Origin: Trypanosoma brucei
Lineage: Eukaryota
Assembly (NCBI GenBank): GCA_000002445.1
Contig: CM000208.1
Location: 3,264,001 to 3,328,000 of the forward strand
Direction of reading: 5' to 3'
DNA: 64,000 nucleotides
In this document: positions 1-10,631 of the stretch, piece after piece
Numbering within the stretch: position 1 is the stretch's first letter
Layout of the letters: each line of letters starts with the position of its first letter
Made by a program: the position numbers and the translations under genes
The notes under the pieces: generated by a model
What the model was told of the DNA's origin: nothing
Databases searched by the model: none
The model's input: only the letters and a program-made list of their open reading frames with translations

Positions 1-905
1 GAAAGTCGTGGAGACATTTAGAGACAAAAAGACATATCAAGATGAGCGTAGCGATATCAAACATCCGACGGAAAGTAGGGCAGGTGCGAGGATTACTAAC
101 AAAAAAAAACGATGCGTGAACTTCGACTGCAAAAATGTGTCGTAGCACGTTTGGAACACGTTATCCTTATTCTGACTACAGTTAATCAACGGCGCATCCA
201 CTGGCGTACTCCTGCCACAATCTCGGACCGCCATAACCCTCCAGTCGGCGAATGCGTTTTATCTCTCTATCCTCATCCTCCAGCACTAGAGTTTTTTTTT
301 TTGTGACCGCAGCATGGCGTACTTTGAAGCAGTGGGTAGCCAGGGAGGGGGAAGAGAGTTGTGACAGCCACCTCGCACCCGCAGGTATGCTGTATTTGCA
401 CCTCCGACTTCTTAATCCCCCTAAAATGTACAGGACAATGTGGGGCTGATCGTCACCTCACCTCACTTCATCTCAACACACCCTCCCCACTACACGTGTT
501 CATGAATAGGAGAGGAAAGTTACCATACACCGTGATGTCATACCTAGCACTCAATTCGCTGGCGACCCAAGCAAACAATGAAACCAAGGCATTGCAATGC
601 ACAAAAACGATACGTAACCAAGGAAGGGTGCGGGGCACACACAATGTGCCTGGAGGTAACGTCCAACCGACACACAAGAGTTTTGGAAACTGCTTCTTGA
701 TGTCCTCCAGCCCTTTTACACCCAAATGAAGGTGATAAACTTCCTCATTCCCCCGAAACATACAGTTCATATGAGACCAATTGATGAAAAACGAAGAGGT
801 TGTGAACACATATGACCAACAATTAAATCCGTTTGCGCTGAGTCTTCACCTAAGGGGCGCTGACAGCCGTGAGAGACAAGGAATGCTTTGCAAAGCATTA
901 CTTTC

Positions 906-3125
906 CTACTTGGGAGGGTTTAGAAGCTTCATCTCTTCGTACCGTGACCCCGGTTTGCGAGCGCCCCTGAAGGTTCCGTACGCACTCTCTGGACTCATCG
1001 GATGATGATCCTCCTCCCCTATGTCAACATATGCCGCGCCATCAGGATGATCCTTAGCCTCTATGGGTGACATCTCAAGGGACGTAACATTCAAAATCGT
1101 AGCGCCGTCATGTGACCTTCCTGCGGAGAGGCCGGCATTAAATGCACGGTTGTAATGGTTGTTAAAACTTTGATACCTATCGTACAACTCCCTCGGAATA
1201 CGGTAGAGGCGCGTGGGGTGCAACACCACTGCATCATAATCTGGGATGTAGCGCTGCAGTTGCAGTGCACCTTCCCCCAACCAGTCGAAAGAACGCTGCT
1301 TCAACAGGGAGTTGCAGGAGGCGACAAGTACCTCTACCCTACCACCCAGTATTAGGGTGAACACAGATGATTCAACACCATTACGATATAACACGGCGCG
1401 CTCCTCTGTGGCGCGGGAAATGAGATCATTTGTGGAATTCGGTGCGTCTCGTGTGCCTTCAGTGTTGCCCGCGATCACCGTGCCACTCAGAGGAGGGTAA
1501 GAATTAGAGGGAGCTTCACCGCTTGGTACGGGTGCAGGGAACGTGTACTGATCGATTCCGCACTCGTCAAGCAACATCTTTACATACCCTGGGTGCCAGA
1601 GGTAGAAAGGTGGAACCGAGCGGGTCAAGTAGTACGCAACAGCCCAAATCTGCGCCTCTGTCAGGGTGCCATCACTGCCGGGCTGTACGTAGTAGGAATA
1701 GAAGTTCACTCTTGGAACTTGTGCAGGCTCTGAAAGCGGGGGTGGAACGCCGCAGAGATCCAGCAGCACCTCTCTTTCCCCCAAAACACTGTTGGTGTGC
1801 GCTGGGAAGTCATAACTATCATACTCGTCGTATATTTCTCCCTTTATAAGGGTTTCTAGTACATCTTCTAGTGTCACAATACCAATGATTTCTGTGTCAC
1901 GTAAAGCGGTACACTGATTCAAAGTGACAGACATGCTCATACTAATATTCTCATCTGTCAGTAAACTAACGGTGTCTGTACCCGAGACAAACAGCATCTG
2001 CGTCTCCGCGTGCTGAAACATCCTCAGGACTGTTGGCAGGGGAGTGTCCTTGTGCACTGCAAGGGCTGTCCGTGCACTCCCGTTGACGAACTCACCGATT
2101 GTCAACGGCGTTGCACCTTCAATCAGCGGCGGCATCGACAGCAGGTCCTTCACAATCAGAACATCACGGTACCCTCCCAATGTCTCCTGCACGGGAATGC
2201 GAGACCGTCCGCTCCGCCACAGAGACTCAATCAAACACGGCGTGAGAACATCATCCACCCTCACGGTGGTCACATCTTCCATAGGCTTCATAATGTCGCA
2301 GACTTTCCTCTCCTGGAAGTCCATCGCGGCAATGAGCAGCTTCAGTTCAGACGTTGCGAGGCCACTGCGCTCACCGTGCGCTTCACAATGTAGAATCATT
2401 AGCTTCCGCAGTTCATTGCGATCGTATATTTGACCAGCGTCGTGCGGCACCAAGCGGTCCAACAGTAGACCCAGTGGCATTGCTACGGGATAAACAAGGA
2501 CCCTTGCCACACGCACCACTGAGCACCCCGCCGCTGCAATTGCCAATGAATACTTGGACTTGCATATGGACATAGGGACGATCTCGGTAAAGATAAGAAT
2601 AAGTAAGGTGCTTACAGCAAACAATGCGATGCCTGGTGCACCGCCATTATCCTTGCACGCTCCACTGATATAGCTGAACTTACAGAGCAGCTCTGTGAGG
2701 GCGCCTAGCTGTTGCACCACGATAACATTCATGAGCATATTCGAGATGATAAGCGTGCAGAGAGTCACATGGCCCTGGCGGCGCAGAGGAAGTATCCGTG
2801 AGGCGTGCGTCCTGTCCGGCTCTCGACCACTACTTGCAATTATGCTCAACGTCAGCGTGTCCATGCACAAAATACCGATGGTTAGCCCGGCAAATATGGC
2901 GGAGAACGAGAGACACACCAATATTAAGATTACGTGGTCCAAGATGGTGTAAATATGCCTTTCCGTTTTGCGAATAGAGGCACCGCCAGAAGAGCTTGAC
3001 TCAGGCTCTTCTATGCCGTGCTCCCTAGCAGCTGCGACAAGGGGCAGCTTGACCACATGAAGCAGCAGTAGAAACAGAACCCCAGAAAGGATAGCGCGCG
3101 AACATCGCCTTACGCCAAATACCAT
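906..3125 (-). CDS. CNNM/CorC-type putative metal transporter (DUF21 transmembrane domain + CBS-pair domain), 739 aa
   Basis: Long minus-strand ORF with an ATG at 3123-3125. The N-terminal part has multiple hydrophobic helices (DUF21-like). The central tandem CBS-like segment (…GIVTLEDVLETLIKGEIYDEYD…) is followed by an acidic/Ser-rich C-terminus. Family assignment is from motif recognition only. Confidence 0.6.
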   Translation of the reverse strand: MVFGVRRCSRAILSGVLFLLLLHVVKLPLVAAAREHGIEEPESSSSGGASIRKTERHIYTILDHVILILVCLSFSAIFAGLTIGILCMDTLTLSIIASSGREPDRTHASRILPLRRQGHVTLCTLIISNMLMNVIVVQQLGALTELLCKFSYISGACKDNGGAPGIALFAVSTLLILIFTEIVPMSICKSKYSLAIAAAGCSVVRVARVLVYPVAMPLGLLLDRLVPHDAGQIYDRNELRKLMILHCEAHGERSGLATSELKLLIAAMDFQERKVCDIMKPMEDVTTVRVDDVLTPCLIESLWRSGRSRIPVQETLGGYRDVLIVKDLLSMPPLIEGATPLTIGEFVNGSARTALAVHKDTPLPTVLRMFQHAETQMLFVSGTDTVSLLTDENISMSMSVTLNQCTALRDTEIIGIVTLEDVLETLIKGEIYDEYDSYDFPAHTNSVLGEREVLLDLCGVPPPLSEPAQVPRVNFYSYYVQPGSDGTLTEAQIWAVAYYLTRSVPPFYLWHPGYVKMLLDECGIDQYTFPAPVPSGEAPSNSYPPLSGTVIAGNTEGTRDAPNSTNDLISRATEERAVLYRNGVESSVFTLILGGRVEVLVASCNSLLKQRSFDWLGEGALQLQRYIPDYDAVVLHPTRLYRIPRELYDRYQSFNNHYNRAFNAGLSAGRSHDGATILNVTSLEMSPIEAKDHPDGAAYVDIGEEDHHPMSPESAYGTFRGARKPGSRYEEMKLLNPPK

Positions 3126-3957
3126 TAAAATTTTTAATAAGTTAACTTTCCTTCGCTTCCTTTCGCTCCACTCTCAGTTACCAATCCCGATCATCGGTTG
3201 AAGAAAGAACCTTGGTATATAAAGCATGGAGACACGATACAACTGCGTGCGGTAGTGGTCCCATCTACACGTCAGAGAGACGTTGAACGCAACAAGGGAG
3301 AAGTTATTACGGAACAACAAGAAATATTTACGGAGTCAAAGCCACCACTGGCGCCGGCCACCTACCAGTCCTCGTGGTGGTACCCGCTGAGGAAATCTCA
3401 GCGCCGCAACCCTCATATGCTCACATGAAGAGAAGCACATTTATATATAACATAAGTAAAAATATATGTGCTCTTCCCTTGCTTCTTCATTTTGCGCTCT
3501 TGTTACGGCGTTGTTCTTTATGTTATCATTTTTTTTTTTGTAAAACAGCACCTGCTTATCTACACCGCGAAAATAAATATGGAAGGGGGGACGGGCCGTC
3601 ACCCGCCAATCAGTCATGCGGTGCCAGCACTGATGCCGTAACAGGTCGTAATTACCACCACCACTACCAGACGCTTTCAACTCCTTTCCTTCCCTCTCCC
3701 AAGAACCTTTGCGCAAATACGATTAGATGCATGTCCTCATTTGCTTACGTTTCTTCATTCAATCCTTTCGCCCCCTCCCCTCTTGCCCTCTAATTAATTT
3801 TCTTCTTCCTCATTTCTCACTTTTTAGTTACTTAGATATCACTGCATTTTCTCCAAGTGGATTAGGATGGACGCCACACACACAGTGAAATGATAAACAA
3901 GAATAGAAAAAACAAAAATCTGTAGAAGAAACAATTCACGGTAAAATAATAAATGGC

Positions 3958-3983
3958 ATATATATATATATATATATATATAT
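3958..3983. repeat. (TA)13 microsatellite
   Basis: Read directly. It lies ~830 nt upstream of the CNNM gene ATG, next to a minus-strand polypyrimidine tract at 3890-3957. Confidence 0.9.
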
Positions 3984-4588
3984 TGCAATCTGACAAAGGA
4001 CAAACACACAACGAAGACAGCGGCAACTGGAGATTGAGAAAGGAGTAGCTTCAGGTGGTATGTGCATTTCATATGGACAATAGTGTGAAAAATGCACGAA
4101 ACAGGTCCCCATAAACCAGCCCCTACAGCCGTCCGATGGAGAAATCGAATAGGGGAGATACAAACGGCTGCGAGCCACTTAGACATTGATTAGGCACAGG
4201 TGAGCCAACAAACTATAAGAATAGGAAAAGAAGAACAAGCACGAGAGTGAAATACAACCCCTGTTAGTGGTGATGTTATTTTTTCCCCCCATCCCACTTC
4301 AAGTAGTGCACTTGACCTAATAGTTGCAGAACGCACCTCCTGCGCACGGAAGATGTCTGAAGAACAGAGGCCCCAACGAATGGACGATGACTGTGCAGGA
4401 AGAGAAGGCATATCTCAACGATGCTTACACACATGCATATATACACAAATACACATGCATATACGCATCCTAACTAATATATTTCCCAATGATATTTCCC
4501 CCGCCGCCCCTTGTCACGGGTGCATTGGCTTTGGTCACAGCTCTCCCCTGCGATGTCTCGCTTTCCCTCCATTCCTTTTTACTCTTCC

Positions 4589-6007
4589 TCAAAACAGGCC
4601 AAATCCTGTGGCGTAATGCATTGGCCGTTTCCCAGGATGCGGCACGTGCGTGAATGTTGTGAATCTTGGTTTCATGTCACCGCCGGTAAAACGGATGAAT
4701 GCTCCCTTGTTGCCCATTTGGTCACAATAGTTTGGTGCGCTGAAGACTGTAATGCATTTGCCACCGTGTTCTATCTCGTACCCCTCGTCCTTTACCTCAT
4801 GAGAGCGTACGAGCAGTTTAAGGTTGTTATTGTTTAGGAACGTCTCGGTTACGTCCGGCCCGAAAGACAGGCAGCTCACCCCACGCTTACTTGGGGCTCG
4901 CCCAGGCATCGGCTGTGGATCGGACCACAGGCTTTCGCAGATTAGACCGCTCTCAGGTATATCACGGAATCGGTTAGGGTGTTGCAGGTCATCCAATGTC
5001 ACCTTATCCGAGGAGTAAAGACCGCCGTGCACTACAAACACCTCGTTGTTAATAATGTGACCGATTGGAAGACTGTTGAATACCTCCGTGAAGAGGCGAA
5101 ACATTTCGCTGTTGTACTTTTGGGTTACTTCCCCTTCAAACCCATACATTCGGTTCATGGAAACACCCTCATGGTTCCCACGAGATAAGAAAAAGTGATC
5201 CGGGTAAAGTACTTTGTACGCAAACAGCGTCATGATATTTTCAAATGAGTACGAACCGCGGTCCACAAAGTCACCGTTGAAAAGGTACCGGTTCGTTTCC
5301 AAGGGATTCCCGTTCAACTTGAATATATTGAGGAGATCGTAATACTGCCCGTGCGTGTCACCACACACTGTTATTTCTTCACCAACTGGCACGTTGATGG
5401 ACACAAAGTTAGGGCATTTTTTCAGAATCTTCTGCACCTCCAACAGGATAAATATGACGTCGTGCCGGTCAATGAGTTTCTCTAACCTGAAATGCTCCTT
5501 CATCGCTTCCACGAATTCTACGGTGACGGTTTCATTTTCGATACGAGGCCCATCGTAATCAGCACGCACACTGCCCAGTTTAATTGTCTGCGACAGAGGT
5601 GCCTCGTCTGGAGTCATAATGGCATTTTCAAAGTTGATTCGGCGTATTTCCTTCTTACAAAACTCCACCTTCGCCTGCGCATCGGAATTTTGTGGTGCCA
5701 AATCCACAACTTTCTTGTAGTTTGTCAGCGCCTGCTTGTGTTTTCCAAGGCTCAGATACGCGGATGCCTTGTGGTAATAGGCCTTTGCGAAGGTTGGCTC
5801 TATCCCTAACGCCGCATCAGCGTCAGCAAGCGCCGCACCGGGAAGCTCAGCTCTAAGCTCTGCAAGTGCACGGTTGCAAAACAATGTTGGCGTTTTTGTC
5901 AGTTCGATAGCCTTCGTATACATGTCAATGGCAAGGTGCCACTTGCGCTCACTAAAGGCTGCGTTTCCCAGCTGCTTCAGCTTGTCTGCTTCCTCTACCC
6001 CGGCCAT
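4589..6007 (-). CDS. PP5: Serine/threonine protein phosphatase 5 (three TPR repeats + PPP catalytic domain), ~472 aa
   Basis: N-terminal TPR region (KLKQLGNAAF…AYYHKASAYLSLGKHKQAL) precedes the PPP catalytic motifs GDTHGQ, GDFVDRG, GNHE, HGG and SAPNY. The track ORF extends upstream through a (TA)n repeat from a TTG. I trimmed to the first ATG (MAGVEEADKL) at 6005-6007. Confidence 0.85.
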   Translation of the reverse strand: MAGVEEADKLKQLGNAAFSERKWHLAIDMYTKAIELTKTPTLFCNRALAELRAELPGAALADADAALGIEPTFAKAYYHKASAYLSLGKHKQALTNYKKVVDLAPQNSDAQAKVEFCKKEIRRINFENAIMTPDEAPLSQTIKLGSVRADYDGPRIENETVTVEFVEAMKEHFRLEKLIDRHDVIFILLEVQKILKKCPNFVSINVPVGEEITVCGDTHGQYYDLLNIFKLNGNPLETNRYLFNGDFVDRGSYSFENIMTLFAYKVLYPDHFFLSRGNHEGVSMNRMYGFEGEVTQKYNSEMFRLFTEVFNSLPIGHIINNEVFVVHGGLYSSDKVTLDDLQHPNRFRDIPESGLICESLWSDPQPMPGRAPSKRGVSCLSFGPDVTETFLNNNNLKLLVRSHEVKDEGYEIEHGGKCITVFSAPNYCDQMGNKGAFIRFTGGDMKPRFTTFTHVPHPGKRPMHYATGFGLF

Positions 6008-6031
6008 CGCAACACGACCTTCCAGCCAATG

Positions 6032-6062
6032 CTTCAAGAAGCAAAGGAAAAGAAAGAACACG
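6032..6062 (-). promoter_or_regulatory. Predicted polypyrimidine tract plus AG trans-splice acceptor upstream of PP5
   Basis: The minus strand reads tgttctttcttttcctttgcttcttgaAG about 25 nt upstream of the PP5 ATG. This is a typical kinetoplastid SL-acceptor context. It is a prediction only. Confidence 0.3.
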
Positions 6063-6076
6063 TATTTAGCTGAGTC

Positions 6077-6099
6077 ATATATATATATATATATATATA
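6077..6099. repeat. (TA)11-12 microsatellite in the PP5 5' flank
   Basis: Read directly. It is ~70 nt upstream of the PP5 ATG. Confidence 0.9.
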
Positions 6100-6824
6100 C
6101 AATAATCATAGTAATAGAGAGGATATGCAAAGAGAATGATTTAAAGAATGCTAATGTGTTGGCATTTGCACGCACTCTCTCGGAAAAGTTGATAATGACC
6201 CCCCGTTCCCGCCACCGGCCAGTCCCTAACGCGAAGCTGTGGTGACCCACTTTGCATCCATGGCGCGTTAATAGAGGGAGGAAGGTGAGACCAGCAAAGC
6301 ACGCCTGAGAAATAGGAAATGAGTCGAGGAACTTCAAATAGTCGAAACCAACCCCACATGCATTACGGCAACCACGAAACGGAAGACTTCCTCGAGAACT
6401 CTACACTGCTAAAAAAAAACGTAAAAAGACAGCCGTCAGTAACGGCGGTTAGAGGGCCTCTCAAAACGACTTCCCGTGTTGCGACCCTAATCATGAAACA
6501 CAAGATCATCAAGATCCCAAATCTCCGAGGCACACACGCCCACCACCGTAAACAACATACGTATACATACACATATGAGCGAAACCGACAACATCACGTG
6601 TGGGGGACCTCACAAAAATAGTTTTGGGAATCACGAAGAGCAGCATCTGTCGGCACATGCAATAAGTAACCCACACAGTCGTGGACCTCCCAGCACCGCC
6701 TCAATTACAGTAAATTAACGTGAGGAAGTAAGGTCCTCCGGAATGTAGAGAAAAATCGTCGTAGCAAGAACCTGCGGCTGCACGCCAACCGTAGTCCACA
6801 TGTGTGGGCTAAAGATGTTTCGGC

Positions 6825-8915
6825 CTACACAACGCCCATGCTACCGTTAACGGGCGTTGCACCATAGGTGGGGTGTGCAAAGTTGGTTGTGTTGTAGTAT
6901 TGGCAATCGAAAAATCGCTCTAGCTCACCGCGCTGCAGCCGCTCCGTTGTTTCCTCAAGCGCGTCAAATACGTAGTCTGGGAAGTGGTTGGAAAACATCG
7001 ATGGGGAGCACACCACGGTTTGCACGTCGTCCGGAGTCTCGAATGTAGGGACAAACACGTTCTCCCGCTTGCTACAACAACAACATGGGATGCAGCAACA
7101 GCTTTTAGGAGTCCACCGCACCACGGCCTTGCGTAGGTGCACCAGCGTATATGGGGGAAACAGTTTCCTCTGATCCATAGGGAGTACGCACGCTTTGGAC
7201 TGCAACTGCGCTCGCACTGCCCTGCTTTCCTCTGAAGATAACGGTTCACACCTGCCCGCCGAGCTGTTCCGCCTTCCTAGAATGCATCTGTTCGCGAAAA
7301 TCAACGGTTTCGACATGTTGCAGCTCTCCAGCACGTCCAGCACTGATTCCCGGAGATCGTCAAAAGTGTGAGAGGCCGTCCGTGGGATTACATCGTTTCC
7401 GACAAAGCAGGCTAAGATAAAATCTTTGCTGTAGTGCGCAAGAGCCGGTGACATCAGCCCCCCAGGTGGTGAATACGCAAGGCATCGCAACCGCTCCCGT
7501 ACGCCCTCTTCTGTGGCGTAGAGCAAGATGCTAAGTACCGCGGCAACACCAGCACCAAGCGAGTGCCCCAGGACGACGAGTCTGTAGCTATTGAGCCCAC
7601 CATGCAGCACCGCCTCGAGCACACCCGACTCCCTCAGCTCGCGCAACACGTATTCAGCAGACCGTTTTATCCCCCCGTGAACATAATAGTCGTTGGCGCA
7701 CGCGCGTTCACTATTCGCCAGATCGGGAATAAACAGTGGCTCCGGGGTAGCCGTCACATCGGTTATGCAGTCGACAAATGAGAGCGTCCCACGGATTGCA
7801 ACAACAATGGATGCCGTCTCTCGGTCCAAAGCGACGTAGAACACAGGGCGAAAGAGAGCATTCCTCCAATTAGAAAGGATAATATCTTCCTCTGCAAGGC
7901 CACTCACCTTGAGGGCAGCCGTCAGATCGCAGAAGCAACCCGCCCCCTGGTGCGAGTTTGCACGCTTGCGGCAGCACATCTTTGGGTCGCTGCAGCACAA
8001 CTTCGGTAGGCCAGTACAGAGGTTCATATGAAGATACAGAAGACACCCATAAGCGGCCATGTAAAAACGGCTGTACTGCCGCAGTTCCACCACACACTGC
8101 CGTTGCTGTGAGGTTAGCAAAGGGAAGTAGCGGGCCTGGCTACTAACGCGCTCTTTGCACCCATCATCTGGTGGCGGAAAGCGAACGTGCGCCACACGCT
8201 CAAGAAGCACCCGCCGCTGTGCGTCGTGTAGCAGGATCATGCCCGCAAATATGTCGCTGGGCACCAAATCATAACCTTGAAAGAACGCAGCTAGAGTAGC
8301 TGCTGCATCCTCAAACACGTCATCGTCGTCTTCTGCTGGACGGAAGCAACAGCAACAAAGGAGGCGACACCGCCTGCCCCACAACATCTTGTACTCCTCT
8401 GAGTCCCCCCACTTGCGACCCCCATTGGGGTCGAATGAAAGGAGGAGGGAGATGACATGCAGCAGCGAAACCACGATATTGACGAGCAGAGATGCGTACA
8501 GGGAGCGTCTTGAAAATGGATCGCACATTTTCATAAACCCGTCATACAAGGAATACTTCAAAACAACGGAACTGAGCGGCAAACAACTTAGCGCCGTTGC
8601 TGTCGTCAAATAAAGAAGCGTGCCCACATGACGCCGCTTCGACACATGGAATGGACCACCACGACAACTCAGCAACGCACTAGCAAGGTGAAACGAAGCG
8701 CCAACACAGCTGATGATTCCAAGGGCGTACACACACCGTTCGTATTTTGGAGGAACTCCTGGGCATCCCTTCATGTCAACACTGAACCATCCGCCAAAGC
8801 GCGATAGTATAAGGGTCCCACTAGTAGTGAGAGCGGAGAAAAATACGAAGCTGGATAGAAAAAAATCATCAGTTCCAGTGCGCCACTTCCTTCCTAACCA
8901 TTGCAACGCCGGCAT
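6825..8915 (-). CDS. Class 3 (fungal-type / sn-1 diacylglycerol-lipase-like) lipase with N-terminal transmembrane region, 696 aa
   Basis: ATG at 8913-8915. Several N-terminal hydrophobic helices are present. A GHSLGAG nucleophile-elbow motif lies within a lipase_3-like segment (…YRLVVLGHSLGAGVAAVLS…). Confidence 0.6.
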   Translation of the reverse strand: MPALQWLGRKWRTGTDDFFLSSFVFFSALTTSGTLILSRFGGWFSVDMKGCPGVPPKYERCVYALGIISCVGASFHLASALLSCRGGPFHVSKRRHVGTLLYLTTATALSCLPLSSVVLKYSLYDGFMKMCDPFSRRSLYASLLVNIVVSLLHVISLLLSFDPNGGRKWGDSEEYKMLWGRRCRLLCCCCFRPAEDDDDVFEDAAATLAAFFQGYDLVPSDIFAGMILLHDAQRRVLLERVAHVRFPPPDDGCKERVSSQARYFPLLTSQQRQCVVELRQYSRFYMAAYGCLLYLHMNLCTGLPKLCCSDPKMCCRKRANSHQGAGCFCDLTAALKVSGLAEEDIILSNWRNALFRPVFYVALDRETASIVVAIRGTLSFVDCITDVTATPEPLFIPDLANSERACANDYYVHGGIKRSAEYVLRELRESGVLEAVLHGGLNSYRLVVLGHSLGAGVAAVLSILLYATEEGVRERLRCLAYSPPGGLMSPALAHYSKDFILACFVGNDVIPRTASHTFDDLRESVLDVLESCNMSKPLIFANRCILGRRNSSAGRCEPLSSEESRAVRAQLQSKACVLPMDQRKLFPPYTLVHLRKAVVRWTPKSCCCIPCCCCSKRENVFVPTFETPDDVQTVVCSPSMFSNHFPDYVFDALEETTERLQRGELERFFDCQYYNTTNFAHPTYGATPVNGSMGVV

Positions 8916-9282
8916 TCTACGAAATAGACGTGAGGAGAAGAACGCAAACTTTCAATAACTGCAAGAATGGACACACCAGCGTGTTAAGCAACCAGTGGAT
9001 GCAGCAGAACCCTGGTACACCATGCACAATAACCCCCCGAGTAAAAGCAACATTAATGGCTAAACCGAAACCCAGTGGCTGTCATTCACCACCGCTCAAC
9101 GCAAAATGCACCCTTCCCGACTTACGGTAGACGGCAAATAAAGTATCAGCAACATCATATGAATTAGAACAGTGTCCCAGGTAGATATTGCACCATGCCT
9201 CGTCCGTGTGGCAACTTAAAGTGCGACACGCAGCGGGCATATTAACAACCGAGCATTAACATAACCATAGCACATGTGTACG

Positions 9283-10020
9283 CAAGTACGAGCAAGCACA
9301 ACAAACACCTGGTGGCACAATAAGGAATATCACAGGGAAGAAACTAGAAGAAAGGAGGATAGACGGTGTGTACACAAGGCACCGACATACTCGCCTCGCC
9401 TCTTGGAAAGCCACCACCCACAACGCACCACCAAAAAGGCATGCCGTGGCTACGGGCCTCCTCAGAAATAGAAGGTAACACTGAAGAAACAGCAATGGGG
9501 GAAATTACTGCAGGTACGTGTCAGTCAAGTACAGCACTCTCGCTGAAAGCGTTGGTATCAATCAGCACTAAGTTGTCACTCAGTCGCGCACTACAACTTC
9601 TGTCCTCATACACAGCCATGCAGCAGAACATCTCCACCACATGTATCACCCCACAATGCATGCAAAGCACGGTGTGGGGCGGTTGTATGGGCGTCGATAC
9701 AGCAACAGTGAATAAAGATGCAGTGTAAACACACATAGCAGGAAGGAGTTAGGGACGGTAAATGCCGGTACAATCAACACCGCTGCTCAACATTTGTACA
9801 CATTCAAGAGTCCTCATTGGATGTGTCGGTCCGCCTGTCGTTAGACAGTTTCTCATCGTCGCAGCGGTGTCGTGCCCATAACATGTCACATTTCGCATAG
9901 TCCAATGATCCAAGAGTCAAAAGAGAAGGGAAAAAAGAGTAACGAGGGGAAGAAGGGAGGAATCAGATAGATTGGTAAACGCAAAGTTGGTTTCTCGCTC
10001 ATGATGGGTCGTCAGTGCGC
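9283..10020. repeat. Copy 1 of a ~740-bp dispersed direct repeat (second copy at 63101-63840, ~99% identical)
   Basis: Direct reading of both stretches shows they are collinear, with about 7 single-base differences. Flanks diverge immediately outside. There is no poly(A) tail and no obvious target-site duplication. The short ORFs inside are preserved only because the copies are near-identical. Confidence 0.85.
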
Positions 10021-10631
10021 ACTACAACTGCAGTCACATCACGCAGAGTAAACGCTATTGGAATATCTCCGCCTCCTGAAATCGCCCCACAACGATTTCT
10101 GCACATGTGAGGCGTTAGACAGAGACGTTGTACTTGATATCAGTGTAAAATAAGGACCATGTTGGCACGGAAAAGACAAGACAATGCAGTTGTCATGACA
10201 TCTTTTCACTGATGCATCCCCTATTCGCATAACTGTTACGTAAACATAATCACACATTACTCATAACACAAGTTGCTAGGACAAGCGACTTCACTACACG
10301 GTGTTGCTACGGAAACATACCTCACTGTGCTAACATACACTGCATCAGAATGCGATTACATGCATCTCAGCGTCACCTGGAAATCTGGGATACAATCGCA
10401 TCATACACTTGTCTAGTTTCGTAAGCAATGAGTTCTTGGTCACATACCACAGGTAATGTACTCTCTCAAATGAAAATATTGTGATGAGCACCGCTCGAGT
10501 ATTCTGCAATGATTCCGTTTGTCGACTCACAATGTGACGATGGAAAAGAATGAGGATATCAAGTTATTGCATTTTAGGTTTTCATGTCAACTAGAAAATC
10601 AGAGAGCCGACACCACATCCCCTCAGTATCT

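Noticed and set aside
361-809. Overlapping small ORFs (122 aa on the plus strand, 113 aa on the minus strand) at the window's left end
   Set aside because: They are mutually overlapping, have no motifs, and lie in what should be the 3'UTR or spacer downstream of the CNNM gene.
4589-6337. N-terminal extensions of many track ORFs (e.g. PP5 from 6337, Aha1 from 15526, E-Syt from 22402, exportin from 53885, GPI8 from 48118)
   Set aside because: The first codon of these ORFs is TTG, GTG or CTG on inspection, and the extensions run through TA repeats. I trimmed the CDS to the first in-frame ATG.
9283-10020. Interpretation of the 740-bp repeat as an ingi/RIME/SIDER-type retroposon
   Set aside because: It has no 3' poly(A) and no obvious target-site duplication. 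Its length does not fit RIME, and I do not recognise the conserved retroposon 5' signature. I kept it only as an unclassified repeat.
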